A program made the position numbers and the translations under genes. Positions 39,460 to 53,626 of a DNA stretch of 64,000 nucleotides are shown here, one piece after another. The notes under the pieces were generated by a model, which was not told where the DNA came from, did not search any database, and worked only from the letters and a program-made list of their open reading frames with translations. Numbering within the stretch: the stretch's first letter is position 1; every line of letters begins with the position of its first letter. The DNA lies in contig NC_058368.1 of NCBI RefSeq assembly GCF_018350175.1, positions 202,680,001 through 202,744,000 on the forward strand. The letters run 5' to 3'. Source of the DNA: Felis catus (lineage: Eukaryota).

Positions 39460-40560
39460 AAGGAACCAATGAGACTGTACTTAGCCAGCAAAAGGATAGT
39501 AATAGGGGAAGGAACAGAAGGCTAGGTCACATATGGTTTTGTGGGTCATTGAAAGATTTCTACTTTCACTCTGTGACTTGAATACTTGAAAAGTTTTAAA
39601 CAAAACATGACATGATCAGACTTACATTTTAAAAGGATAGTGCTGGTTACTGGGTTGAGATTTAATTATGAGCAATCAAAAGGTAAGGCAGAGAGACCAG
39701 TTAGAAAGCTATTGGAGTTAACTATATAGGATGTGTTCATGACCTGGACTAAGTTTGTAGGACTAGACATGAACAGGTGAATATGTTGTAAAAGTAGGTC
39801 CTAGAATATTATTCAGCAATAAAAACTTAAAGAAAATATCTACTGATATATTCAACAACATGAATGTATCTCGGAAACATCATGCTAAGTGAAAAAATGT
39901 CAGATTCAAAAGATTATATATTGCATTGTCCTATTTATGTAGAATTCTAGAAAAGGAAGAGCAAGTGACAGGTCATTAGTTTCCTGGGACCAGAGTTGAC
40001 GATGTAGGATAACCACAAAGGAGAGTGAGGGAACATTTTGAAGAGATGGAAATGTTCTAAAATGGGCATGCCACTGATTGTTCATGGAAATGTACACTCA
40101 AAGTGTGAATTTTATTTTATATAAATTATACTTCAGTAAAGGTGTAAAGAGAAAATAAGTGCATCTGATAAAATTTGCTGACAGCAGTGGTGTGTGAAAG
40201 AAAGAAATATGACAAAATCAACTGCATTGTTCTTGGTGTCAGCTACTGTTAGAAAGTCATCATTATCTGAGATGCAGAGATGAGATCTAATATGGCAAAA
40301 TGAAGTTTTGGGATAAGATTTCAGCCTTGGATGTATTAAATGTGGGATCATTATTACACATCCAAGTGAAGATGCCACTTCAGCAACTGGACATATGAAT
40401 CTGTCTTTGAAAGAAGTCAAGTCTGCAGATAGACATTTAGGACTTCTCAGTGTATAAATATATATATATATATATATATATCACTTAAAGCAGGAAACTT
40501 AAAGAAAACAGCATTCCCTACCAATGAGTATTGATGCAGAAGAAAAGAGGGCCACTAGAA
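39460..40560 (-). mobile_element. L2 fragments split by an old L1 3' end
   Basis: gacatgatcagacttacattttaaaaggat, gagagaccagttagaaagctatt and gcagatagacatttaggacttctcag are typical reverse L2 motifs. Confidence 0.65.
39800..40150 (+). mobile_element. Old L1 (L1MB/ME-like) 3' end
   Basis: gaatattattcagcaataaaaa...caacaacatgaatgtatctc...atgctaagtgaaa...gatggaaatgttcta...aaattatacttcagtaaa. Confidence 0.8.
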
Positions 40561-41416
40561 TAATTTCCAAATTCCTCTATCATTTATCACTTCTACATAA
40601 CTGTCTATAACCCTTGCCAACTGCCTAACTTAACCAACCAAACACCTGGCTAAAAAGATGCTCATTATTAATAATTGTTGATTGAATATGCCTCCTTAAG
40701 ATCATTTAGCACTGAGAAGAAATGAAAAAAATCAAGCTAGTGTCATCCTCTTGAATTCTCAGTTGGTTCTGAGAAATTATAACCTGAAACCATAAAGATT
40801 TAACAAGTGAAACAGAATCCACTCTTCTCCATTCAGAATAAATTCACCAAAAAAATCTTATGATTATTAGAAATGGTGTGAACTGTTGACCCCTTTATGA
40901 CTGAGTGAAACAAGCCTTCTGCTTTGCTTTCTCTTCTAATCTGGCCTTGACTAGGATGGTGGTGGTCGTAGTCGTCGTAGTAGTAGTATTTTAACTGGAG
41001 AAGTGAGTATAAATGGCTGGAGGCAGTGGAGAAAGTTGAAGTATAAGACATTACCCTATAGCAGATAGGGTCATGTTTCTAAGGAGGGATGAAGAGAGGA
41101 TATTCAAATACAGTTAAAAGATGAGATTGGACTGGGAGAAGAAACACTTCCATTGTTACAAGAGCAAGAAGAAGAGAAGGAAAACATACTGGTATCTTTC
41201 CAAGTGAGTTAATAGACATTTTTATATGAAAACTTCCATTTATTCTTAGGATTTTAGGTAAGATCATCTGTGAGTGAAAAAAATGTTGGAGGAGGGAAAT
41301 AAATGTTTAAACAGAATAGATTATTTTAAGTGGTCCTATGGAAAAATGAAAAAGTGATGAGGTTACCATGTATGTCAATCTGTAGTCTTGTTAAATTAAG
41401 GATAAAAATCATTTTC

Positions 41417-41418
<2 letters not shown>

Positions 41419-41454
<36 letters not shown>
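41419..41454. repeat. (CA)n microsatellite
   Basis: Seen directly. Confidence 0.97.
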
Positions 41455-41457
<3 letters not shown>

Positions 41458-42807
41458 GAGAAAAACTGCAGTAATAAAGGTCAAAACCATTCAGATCAGG
41501 AAGTCTTTTAAAAATATTCAAGCACACATTTTTACTCTATTATAATAATTATAATGACTGTTTAAATTTCTAGTAATCATCTATCCTCTTAACTTTTATT
41601 CTGTAATTACTAAAAAATAGATTTCTAAGAATGTTTTATATGAACAATTTATTTTGTAATTAAGCATTTTATTCTAATTGCTAAATACAATGATCTTTCA
41701 TTAGTATTAGTATTATTTATAACTACTTAGTTAAGTCTTAAAATACTTAAAAGTATTACACTGACTTTTGGAAAACTTTTGAGAATCTGTCCGTTTTAAA
41801 ACCAAACTATAAGAAGAGTAATGAATGAATGAACCATGTAGTGCAAACAATTGCCGAGTTTTTTTTAATGATTTTGTTTTTAAATATATGAAAGTATAAT
41901 CCGTTGTGAAATATCTGAATGGAAAGCACTAGGTTCCATAAACCAGAGGGCAATTGTATGTTTGTACTGGAAGAGATCATTCTGGATGGAGGAGTAATAC
42001 TTTTTAACTGATAATATTTTCTGTAAGGATTTTAAGATCATCTGTTAGCTTGTAATTTTGATAGTTTTCCAGTCCAAGTAGATACTTATTCACTATCACA
42101 AAAACATTTCCCCATATCTTGACAGCTGAAGAATTTCCTCTTTTATAGAGAAAACCCATGTTTCATTACCCAGCTTTCCAAAAAAAAAGATAAAAAGTGA
42201 AGATAAAATTGAAGTATCTCACTCAAATTTCTGCAGAAAAGATAACTCAGCAACCATCTGCTTTCCTTCATGTGTGATTTGCTCTTAATTTTTTTCCTCA
42301 TTTCTATATTAGAAGTCAAATTTAAGTATATCAGGATACTTTTATTATTATATGAATTATTCTTATATAATTATGTTACTTAAAGAATTTCAAAAAATAA
42401 TGATAAATTCTTTTTTGCTGAAAGAAAACTTTTTCCCACCTCAATATAAAAATAGAGGAATACTGGTTGTGTATTTGAATACAGCCATTTTTCCAGTGAA
42501 ATTGAAAAATATAACTCCCTCCTCAGGATGTATGAATTGAATTTTGCTGTGTTTACAGCATAGTTCTTGAAAATGATCAATCTTGCTGTAAATATTTTAG
42601 AAATAATGCTTGATAAGATCATTTGAATATAACCTAGCTTTATATACATATATATAAGACAGAGCCTATAGCAGATAGGCTGTGTGTTATACACATATAT
42701 ACATATATGCTATACATGTGTATATAAAAGTATTCATTTATTTTTAAATTTGTAGGATCAAAAGAGAAACCATGGCTTCAGTTACCATGTAAATACATGA
42801 CAACACT

Positions 42808-43018
42808 GGGGCACCTGGGTGGCTCAGTCAGTTAAGCACCCGACTCTTGGTTTCAACTCAGGTCATGATCTCATGGTATGTGGGTTCGAACCCCGCTATT
42901 CGCTTAGCAAAATACACTGTGCTGACAGTGTGGAGCCTGCTTGGGATTCTCTGTATTTCCCTCTCTCTTTGCCTCTCTCTCTCTCAAAATAAATAATTTC
43001 ACTTAAAAAATTAAAAAT
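42808..43018 (+). mobile_element. CAN-SINE carrying a foreign 22-nt patch
   Basis: Degenerate TSD aaatacatgacaacact (42791-42807) / aaataaataacaatact (43019-43035). Confidence 0.93.
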
Positions 43019-44335
43019 AAATAAATAACAATACTAAAAATATCTTTGTAAAAATAAGATAACTTAGTCATAAATGCAATCATAATTGGCTTAAATATTT
43101 TTTAAAAGTAACCGATAATTGATTATCATTCATTGAAGGGAAACTTTAAATATTTCACTGTTATTATTATTTTTAAAATTATGATTAAAATTTACAACAT
43201 GTAAGGATTTGAATATAAAATTTATAGAAATTGTTATTCTGTATGAAAAATGCCATTTCAGACACCATTTTTACAATGATGTTTTTTCATTGAGCATAAG
43301 GTGTATATTTTAACTTAACTGGATTTTTAGCTACATGCTGTTTAATGATTTTCCCAATAACTATCTGTGAATAGAATAATGCTTTAATAATATTACTAAA
43401 TTATGCAATGGTTAATACTAAAAGTGTAATTCAATGTTTTTGTTCATTGCCCTCTACTTATTGAATGCCATCTATGAAGATATTTTATTCTTATCTTTCT
43501 TTTTAAATAAAACTATTCCGAAGTAATTACAATAAAAATATGTTTTCAGAAGTAAGAATTAGAGCTGTGTTACTTTGAAACTCACAATAAATATATAGTT
43601 GTTAAAGAAGGTGTCATGATAATTATCTACCTCTGTCAGGAAATGAGGGGCACCAAAAAACTCCGATGTTTCAATAAGCTTTAGAAGGCAACACAAAAGG
43701 TGTTGAATTAGTACACCTTGTTTTTTCTCTTTGTTTTACAATTTAAAATATTAGTTTTGATGTATGCTGGAAACATAATATAAAGTATATGTAATATTCA
43801 GTAAAATTTTTATTATCTGTTTAATAGCCCTTATATTTAGTATAATCTAGATATATTTCCTTCTCCTTTGTGTATCTATAAAAAATAAATGAACATTATA
43901 AATTATGTGAGTAAAATAGAATATTCTGGAAATGTATTGGAAAAATAGTTACCAAATATTATAAAGAGGACAGAGTAGCCTTTTTGGATGTCATATGGTT
44001 TGTTTGAAACTTATTACACAATATAATATCATATCATATCATCCCCAGAAATATATTGATAATTATCCATAATACTTTCACTTTTTGAAGTACTGCTGCT
44101 TGCTCAGCATTTTATTAAAGTAACACTAAATTTATTATCTAATGAGATTCCATATAAATACAGCATTTGCATGTGCTAATACTAATTTTTAAAAGTATAT
44201 TCTTATCTATTGGTCATAAAATGTGTAGAGTGTCAGCTAAACAGGATATTATGAAGTATTGCATTAATTTTTAAAAATTATTGTATAAATAGATTTATCT
44301 ATGAATAAAATGTAGGAATTCATATTCCCTTTCTT

Positions 44336-44565
44336 TTTTTTTTTTAATTTTTTTTTTCAATGTTTATTTATTTTGGGGACAGAGAGAGACAGAGCATGAA
44401 CGGGGGAGGGGCAGAGAGAGAGGGAGACACAGAATCGGAAACAGGCTCCAGGCTCTGAGCCATCAGCCCAGAGCCTGACGCGGGGCTCGAACTCCCGGAC
44501 CGGACCGCGAGATCGTGACCTGGCTGAAGTCGGTCGCTTAACCGACTGCGCCACCCAGGCGCCCC
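44336..44565 (-). mobile_element. Young feline CAN-SINE, antisense
   Basis: CpGs retained. Perfect 15-bp TSD catattccctttctt (44321-44335 / 44566-44580). Confidence 0.97.
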
Positions 44566-44772
44566 CATATTCCCTTTCTTAGGTTACCTAGGAACATTTA
44601 CTATCATCTCCAAAGATTGTGGTACATTCTAGCAAGGAGGCTGACTTTTGGTAGCAATGATCTTACCATTAATAATTATTTCTGGAATCCTTTGCAGTCT
44701 CACTATATAAAAACTTTGAAACTACATAGTCTCATTATATAAAGTATGGAATGACAATTATCATTACAGTCT

Positions 44773-47700
44773 TTTTTTTTTTTACTTTCAAGATTTTATT
44801 TAAATTCCAATAGGTTAACAAATAGTGTAATATTAGTTTCAGGAGTAGAATTTAGTGATTTATCACTTACATATAACACCCCGTGCTCATCACAACAGTG
44901 GCCTCCTTAATTGCCATCACTCATTTAGCCCATCATCCCCCCCTGCTGTTCCCCCAAGCAACACTCAGCTTATTCTCTATAGTTAAGAGTCTATTTTATG
45001 GTCTTCCTCTCTCTCTTTCCCCACATGTTCATTTGTTTTGTATTTTAAATTCCACATATTAGTGAAATTGTATGTATTTGTCTTTCTCTGACTGATTTAT
45101 TTCACTTAGCATAATACACTCTAGCTCCATCCATGTTGTGGTAAATGAAAAGATTTTATTGTCTTTATACATATTCATTGTATATGTATATACCACAACT
45201 TTCCTATCCATGTATCAATCAGTGGATATTGGGTTCTTTCTATGATTTGGCTACTGTTGATAATGCTGCTATAAACACGGGTGCATGTATCCATTTGAAT
45301 CAGTATTTTTGTATCCTTTGGGTAAATACCTACTAGTGCAATTGATGGATCATAGGGTAGTTCTATTTTTCACTTTTTGAGGAATCTCCATGCTATTTTT
45401 CAGAACAGCTGCACCAGTTTGCATTCCCACCAGCAGTGCAAGAGGGTTTCCTCTCTCTGCATCCTCACCAACATCTGTTGTTTTCTGAGGCATTGATTTT
45501 AGCCATTCTGACAGGTGTGAGTTGGTATCTCACTATAGTTTTGATTTGTGTTTTCCTGATGATGAGTGATGTTGAGCGTCTTTTTATGTGTCTATTAGCC
45601 CTCTGTATGTCATCTTTGGGAAAATGTCTGTTCATGTCTTCTGTCCATTTCTTAACTATATTATTGGTTTTTTGGGTGTTGAGTTCAATAAATTCTTTAT
45701 AAATTTTGGATAGTAATCCCTAATCAGGTATATCATTTGAAAATATCTTCTTGCATTCTGTCAGTTGCCTTTTAGTTTTGTTGATTGTTTCCTTTGCTGT
45801 ACAGAAACTTTTATCTTGACAAAGTCCCAATAGTTCATTTTTTCTTTTGTTTCCCTTGCCTCAGAAGATGTATCTAGTAATAAGTTGCTCCATCCAGTGT
45901 CAAAGAGGTTACTGCTGTGTTCTCCTATAGGATTTGTATGGTTTCCTGTATCACATTTAGGTCTTTCATCCATTTGGAATGTATTTGGTGTATGGTCAAG
46001 AATGTGGTCCAGTTTCATCCTTCTGCATGTCACTGTCCAGTTTTCCCAACACCATTTGTTGAAGAAACTGTCTATTTTCCATTGGATATACTCTCCTGCT
46101 TCTTTGCAGATGAGTTGACCATATAGTTGTGGGTCCATTTGTAGGTGTTCTGTGCTGTTGCATTGATCTATGTGTCTGTTTTTGTACCAGTACTGTACTG
46201 ACTTGATCATGACAGCTTTGTAATATAACTTGAAATTTGGAATTGTGATGACTCCAGCCCTGCTTTTCTTTTTCAAGAACACTTTGGCTATTTGGGGTCT
46301 TTTGTGGTTCCATACAGATTTTAGGATTGTTTGTTCTAGCTCTGTGGAAAAAAAAAAAAACACTGTTGGTAATTTTGATAGGGATTGCATTAAGTGTGTA
46401 CAGTGCTTTGGGTAGTAGTGACATTTTAACAATATTTGTTCTTTCAATCCATAAGCATGGAATGTTTTTCTATTTATTTGTGTCATCTTCAAGTTCTTTC
46501 ATAAGTATTCTAAAGTTTTCAGAGTACAGATCTTTTACCTCTTTGGTTAGGTTTGTTCCTAGGTATCTTATGGGTTTTGGTGCAGTTATAAATGGGATCG
46601 ATTCCTTGATTCCTATTCTGCTGCTTCATTATTGATGTCTAGAAATACAAGCTATTTCTGTACATTGATTTTGTATCCTACAATGTTGCTGAATTCATGT
46701 ATCAGTTCTAGCAAATTTTTGGTGGAGTCTTTTGGGTTTTCTACCTGGAGTGTCATGTCATCCGTGAATAGTGAAAGTTTGACTTTTTCCTTGCTGATTT
46801 GGATGCATTTTATTTTATTTTATTGTAGTCTGATTGCTGAGACTAGGACTTCCCATTATTGAATGACAATGGTGAGAGTGGACATCCTGTCTTGTTCCTG
46901 ACCATAGAGGAAAAGCTCTCACTCTTTCCCTATTGAAGATGATATTACCTGTGGGTCTTTTGTATATATGGTCTTTATGATGTTGCAGTATGTTCCCTCT
47001 GTCCCTATGATGTTACAGGTTTTTATCAGGAATGGATGCTGTGGTTTGTCAAATGCTTTCTCTGTATCTATTGAGAGGATCATACATCTTATCTTTTCTT
47101 TTATTAATGTGGTATATCACATTGATTGATTTGCAAATATTGAACCACCCTTGAAGTCCAAAATTGAATCCCACTTGATCATGGTGAATGACCCTTTTAA
47201 TGTACTATCGGATTCAATGTGGTACTGTTTTGTTGAGAATTTTTGCATCCATGTTCATCAGGGATATTGGCCTGTAATATTCTTTTTCAGTGGGGTAATT
47301 GTCTGGTTTGGAATCAAGGTAATGCAGGCCTTGTAGAATGAGTTTGGAAGTTTTCTTTCCATTTCTCTTTTTTGGAAGAGTTTAAGAAAAATAGGTATTA
47401 ACTCTTCTTTAAATGTTTGGTAGCATTCCCCTGTAAAGCAATCTGGCCACGAATTTTCGTTTGTTGGGAGATTTTTGACTACTGATTCAATTTCTTTGCT
47501 AGTTATTATTCTGTTCAAGTTTTGTATTTTTACCATTTCAGTTTTGGTAGTTTATGTTTCTGGGAATTTATTCATTTCTTTCAGAATGGCATATAATTTT
47601 TCCTAACATTCTCTTATAATTGCTTGTATTTCTGTGCTGTTGGTTGTGATCTCTCCTCTCTCATTTGTGATTTTATTTATTTTGGTCCTTCCTCTTTTCT

Positions 47701-47866
47701 TTTTGACAGGTCTGGCTAGGAGTTTATCAATTGTATTAATTTTTTCAAAGAACCAGTTCCTGGTTTCATTGATCTTTACTACTGTGGTTTATTTTTTTTG
47801 TTTCTATATCATTTGTTTCTGTTCTAATCTTCATTACTTACCCTCTTCACTGGCTTTAGGCTTCAT

Positions 47867-47897
<31 letters not shown>

Positions 47898-50672
47898 GTT
47901 CCTCTAGGTGTAAGGTTAGGTACTATATTGGAGATTTTTCTTGCTTCTTGATGTAGGCTTGTATTGCGATATACTTCCCTCTTATATCGCTTTTGCTGCA
48001 TCCCAAAGGTTTTTGACTGTCTTGTGTTAATTTTCATTTGTTTCCATGTATTTTTTATTTTTTCTTTAATTTCCTGGTTAAACCATTCATTCTTTAGTAG
48101 GATGTTCTTTAACTTCCATGTATTTGTGGTCTTTCCAAATTTTACCTTGCAGTTTCCTTCAAATTTCATAACATTATGGTTTGAAAATATGCATGGTATG
48201 ATCTCAATCTTTTTGTGTCTGTTGAGGCCTGATTTATGACCCAATATGTGATCTATTCTGGAGAATGTCCCATGTGTACTTGAAAATAATGTGTATTCTG
48301 CTGTTAGGATGAAATGTTCTGAATATATCTGTTAAGTCCATCTGGGTCGGTGTGTCATTCAAAGCCATCATTTCCTTGTTGATTTTCCCCTTAGATGATC
48401 TGTCCATTGATGTCAGTGGGGTGTTAAAGTCCCCTACTATTACTGTATTATTATCAATGTGTTCCACTGTGTTTGCTATTATTTATATATTTGGGTTCTA
48501 TCAAGTTGAGGGCATAAATATTTACAATTGTTAGATCTTCTTGTTGGATAGACCCCTTTATTATGATATAGTGTCCATTTTTATTTTTTTTTTACAGTCT
48601 TTGGCTTAGAATCTAGTTTGTCTGATATAATGGTGCTACTCCAGCTTTCTTTTGACATCCATTGCATGACAAATGGTTCTCCATCCCCTCACTTTCAACC
48701 TGCAGTTGTCTTTAGGTCTAAAATAGATCTCCTTATAGGCAACACATAGGTGGATCTTATTTTTTTTATCCATTCTGACACCTTATGTCTTTCAATTGGA
48801 GCATTTAGTCCATTTGCATTCAGAATGATTATTGATAGATATGAATTTAGTGCCATTTTATTGCTTGTTTTGTGATTGTTTCTGGAGATTTTCTGTTCCT
48901 TACAAGTCTTTGTCACTTTTGGTCTTTCTTCCCCCACTCAAAGAGGTCCCTTTAATATTTTTTGCAGGGCTTGTTTTGTAGTCATGACTCTTAGTTTTTG
49001 TTTGTCTGGAAAACTCTTTGTCTCTCCTTCTATTGTGAATGATAGCCTTGCTGGACAGAGTATTCTTGGCTGCATATTTTTCCCATTCAGCACATTGAAT
49101 ATATCATGCTACTCCCTTCTTGCCTGCCAAGTTTCTGTGGAGAGATCTGCTGCTAACCTTATTTTCTTCCCTTGTAAGTTAAGGACTTCTTTTGTCTTGC
49201 TGCTCTTAGGATTTTTTTCTTTATCTCTAAATTTTGCAAATTTAACTACAATTTGTCTTGCTGCTAGCCTGCTGTTGTTGATTTTGACGGGAGTTCTGTG
49301 TGCCTCTTGGATTTGGATGTATGTTTCCTTCCCCATTAGGGAAGTTTTCAGCCATTATTTCCTCAAATAAGCCTTCTGCACCCCTTTCCCTCTCTTCTTC
49401 CTCTGGTACTCCTATCATATGAATGTTATTACACTTTATAGAATCACTGAGTTCCCTAAGTCTACATTCATGATCTAACATTTTTCTTTACTTCTTCTTT
49501 TAAGCTTAATTGTTTTCCATAATTATATCTTCTATGTCACATATTTATTCCTCTGCTTCTTCCATACTTGTGGTCATTACATTTACTCATTTTTGAATCT
49601 CAGTTACCACACTTTTCATTTCATCCTGACTAGCTTTTAGGTCTTTCGTATCTATAGTAAAGGACTCCCTGTTGTCCTCTATGCCTTTCTCAAGCCTACC
49701 TAGTATCCTTATGATTGCTGCTTTAATTTCTCGATAAGGCATATTGCATATATCTGTTTTGATTAGATCACTGTCTGTGACCATTTCTTGTTCTTTTTTG
49801 GGGATGAATCCCTCCATCTTGGCATTTTGTCTAGGTCTCTGTCTTCTTCTCTGTGTTACCAAAGCCTGTTATGTTTCCTGCTCTTGAAAGTAATGGCTTT
49901 ATAAAGAGGTCGTATACCATGCATGGCCTGGCACTTCAGGAAGTGTCTTTGGTGTATGCTGTGTGCACTCTGCTATGGTGTTTTGGCTTCTATTTCTCTC
50001 AGGCAGTCCTCTGCAGAGTTTCTCCTTGCCTGAAATGGGGAGTATTGGGACCCTGGCCAGAGTGTGGTGAGTTTTAACTAGGTATGCTCAGGTCTGCTTG
50101 TTAAAAGAGACCTTATGCTATCTCCACCAGAGCTGAAGCTTTGCAGAACTCTATGGTCAGTAGGGGTGCAAGCAAGGGGTTTATGCTGGTCTTCTGGGGG
50201 AGGGGCCCGCTTCCCTGCTTCTCAGGCACACTTCCCAATGAAATGCAGCATCTGCAGAGGGCAGGAGGTGGGGCTTGGTGTAAGTGGTTTAGGCTTTTGG
50301 TGTTGGCACTGTGCTGCTTACTGAAGTTAGTTTATGCTGAGGGTTGGGGGAAGGAAATGGTGCCTGCAAGCTCTTTTGTATCCAGAGAGGAAATGCCACC
50401 TTGCAGATGTGCTTCAAGAGAGGGAACCATCTCTCTCAGTATGTCCCAGGGGATTCTCAGATTATGCTGTCTGCTCCTGGGCTATCAGCCCTCCTCCACA
50501 GGAGCACTGCAGCACCTCCCAGGCTCCATACCAGCCATGCTATGGACCTCTCAAACTCCAGTCTTTGAGTCCCGTGGTTGTAAAAACTCTCAAAAATCAG
50601 TCTCTCTTATTTTCCCAGTCAATGGCTTTGGGAAGTGTTTTCCTTGTGCTTTTCCCTGTGCACTCCTCCATC
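44773..50672 (-). mobile_element. Near-full-length decayed carnivore L1, antisense to HCN1
   Basis: T tail from 44773. ORF2 from about 48856 (MALNSYLSIIILNANGLNAPI; IVGDFNTPLTSMDRSS; RT and C-terminal pieces) to about 45045. ORF1 about 49825-48938 (LRELSDSIKCNNIHMIGVPEEEE; IRLAADLSTETWQARRE). GC-richer 5' UTR to about 50670. Many frameshifts. Confidence 0.96.
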
Positions 50673-51687
50673 TCTCTCTCTCTCTCAACAATAAAAAAAT
50701 AAAAGTTATAAAAGTGGTAACATGGGAGGAATGAGTTTAATAATGGAATGTTGCCTTCATTATAAACACTCTATTAGATCTCATTTTTAGTATCATATTC
50801 ACACATTATTTTTATGTACTATTTTAATTGCACAGAAGATTTTGAAAATAAAACACATTAGAATTTTAAATGGTAATGCTGTAGTTTCTTTAGATCTGAC
50901 GGTTTGAGCTTTTGGCTTTATATATTCAAGAAAGAATTGTATTCACATCTTTGTTTTTCAAAAATCTCTTCATCAGTGACTATCAAATGTATCAAGTTAT
51001 CTTTTGCATACAGTATAGTACTACAAGTAACAGAATCCTTTCCATTTTATCTTTTTTTAAACTTTGCTCTCTTCTACATTTTTTCCATTATCCACCCACT
51101 ACTAGGTGTCTTTTTCAATGAGTAGTTTATTATTTTTATTCTTCACATCGCACATACATCATATTTTCATTCATTTTTGCAAGTCCTGTTAAGTATGAGG
51201 GAAACAGACAAAAATAAATTGTCCCTGTTTTCAGTAAGTGTTGTATTCTACCAAAGATCATTACCCAATTCCCAAATTCAGTGGTTATGGTTCAATACCT
51301 CTTTTCTTAGAAATACTCCTTTTGAGCACCCTATCTTTCCCTTGAATTTTATCCTTCTTTGCTGTGAGTCAAGTTTTTTGGTTCTGTCACATTTCGCTGG
51401 CTAATCTCAGTTCCCTTAACTTGATCAATTTCCATGATGCAACTGCTTTTAAAACGTAGGTTCCACTTTAAAAAATCCTTTTAGTTGACACATTCTCCCT
51501 TAGTGATCTCTTAATCATTGATTATGTGTATACCTTGTCTTTTAAGTGCCTGACCTACATATAAGCATTAGGATGTGCCATGGACATCTTAAACTTAACT
51601 TGTCAAAACTGGATTTCCTTTCTATCCCCTACTCTCACTCAAACATGCTTCTTTATGTCCCAAATTAACTCACTACTTAGCATATAG

Positions 51688-51858
51688 AAGTGGTTCTGAT
51701 ATTTTAGTGTAGGGAAGGCTTGTTAAAACACGGACTTCTAGAATTTCTAATTCAGAGTTTCTGATTTAGTAGATCTGGGGTGAAAACTTCAACCATGCAT
51801 TTCTAACAAGTTCCCCAGTGATACTGGTGTTTTATCAACTGTACCTTGAGAACCATTG
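51688..51858. mobile_element. MER5A-like hAT MITE
   Basis: agtggttct...cttgttaaaaca...cagagtttctgatttagtagatctgggg...tgcatttctaacaagttcccc...ttgagaaccattg. Confidence 0.82.
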
Positions 51859-52502
51859 GCACACAGCAATCAGTTAGTATTTGTTAGATCAGTAATTACT
51901 ATAAATCAATTAATGTTTAAAATATGTAATATGGGTCAAATCAAATTGAACTCAGTATGATTAAATGACAAGAAATACTCATAGAACTTTAGTCTGAAAG
52001 AACAAAGATCATGTGGTATAAGATTCTTACTGTAGATTGGTCAAAGTCTAAAGTGATTAAATGATTTTTATGAGGCAAAATAACTATATTCAACCAATCC
52101 TGACTTTCCATAAAAATAAAATAATTTTATGTATAACCTTTATAATTAGCTAATCAAGGATTAGTTTTCCAATTCCAGAGATAGACATTGAACACATTAT
52201 TTGTTTTCTAAATGAGTAGGCCCTTACACATAGGCACAGATTTCTAAAAATGAATAAAATGCTACTAACTTTTAATGCTGTCTCCCATACCCCCTGAGAT
52301 GCATGCAAAGAACAGAGAAATCTAGAGTTTAGTATCCTGGTTAAGGTTAAAGATTCTTACCAGTCCAACCAGTTTGGACAGTTTGTTGAGAAAAGTAAGC
52401 AGAGATTATTTGACCACTACTGGTCCTGAAGAAAGTTGAATCCTTTATTTGTCCAGAACTGAAAGATTTTCATCAATGCAATAAGAAAAACTGTGGCAGT
52501 CC

Positions 52503-52895
52503 TGTTGTCTTAAGCTGTTTTATTGTTTTACCAAGTTTGAATATTTAACAGGATCCACCAGACTTTTATTTTATTTATTTATTTATTTAAAGGCAAAGGA
52601 TACAGTGCTCCAGAGAAAGAATGCAGACAAGCAAGAGAAGCTGAAGAGCCTTTCCCCAGCATGAGTATTTCCTTTTAAAATACCCCATCTTTGGGCATGT
52701 GGGACATGCTGAGTTTCTGGCTTGATCCACCAAAATCTGTGCAAGGAGGCTCGGTTTGTGGGGGAGCTCAGCAACCAAGCCATCAACAGCTTTTTAAATA
52801 GTCAAGCCAGAATAAGCAAACCAGATCAGCTAGTTGCAAATCATTAGTGCAAAAGTTAAACTTGGGGGTTTCCAGAGGAGCCTTAGACCCTAAAC
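52503..52895 (-). mobile_element. Possible ERV solo LTR
   Basis: TG...CA bounded, GC-richer block with minus-strand AATAAA repeats and near 4-bp flank match gtcc/gtac. Family not recognised. Confidence 0.35.
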
Positions 52896-53626
52896 AGTAC
52901 ATCAGATATCCCACTGCCCTCTTTTTGGGTAAAAGTAAAAATCAGATATACAGATGTCTCTAGAAATAATGATAGAGCTTTTTGAGTCCAGCTGCAAATC
53001 AACTTTATCCTACACAGTAGTCTTATAGAGGTCACTGAAGCTTCTTTCTAATGGACTATTGCATGAGTTGCAAGTAGACTGAATCCTAGGTCTCTCCAAG
53101 TGGGTTACCAAGGTTAAATAGGCATACAGATTTTGAGCTCTTCAGGAAAAATTAAGCAATCCTTCTCAAGCACATACTAGAAGCTACGTACACACTATGA
53201 CAGTGACAGAATTGGTGCCTGAATTTAAAATGCCTAAATCATAATCAAGTTGCTTCAGACAGAGAGAAAGAGATATATATAGGCCTGCAGGCTTTAAATA
53301 CTTGGGGGACAGTCTGGTGACCAAATAAAGGAAGTCTCATGACAAAGTTGTATTTCCTTTAAAAATACTAATCTCAAAAGGGAAGTCTAAAAACTAGGAA
53401 TGTTATGTGAAAGGAAATTATGTACACAAACTTGAAGAAATGTAATAGGTTGCTGTCTCTGATTAGATATATGTTTTATCATGTACCAATTACTACACTA
53501 ATTGTGGACAGTTGGGAGAGCTATATCTTCTAGTCAGAGCTATTCCATCAGGAAAAAAAGTGAGAAGAAAATATCCATGTGTTCTCCAAAACACATCAAA
53601 TGTATTTTGTTTAAGGGAAGAGTCTT

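Noticed and set aside
44773..50672. Active L1 or a host gene on the minus strand
   Set aside because: ORF1 and ORF2 are broken by many frameshifts and stops, and the 5' end appears incomplete.
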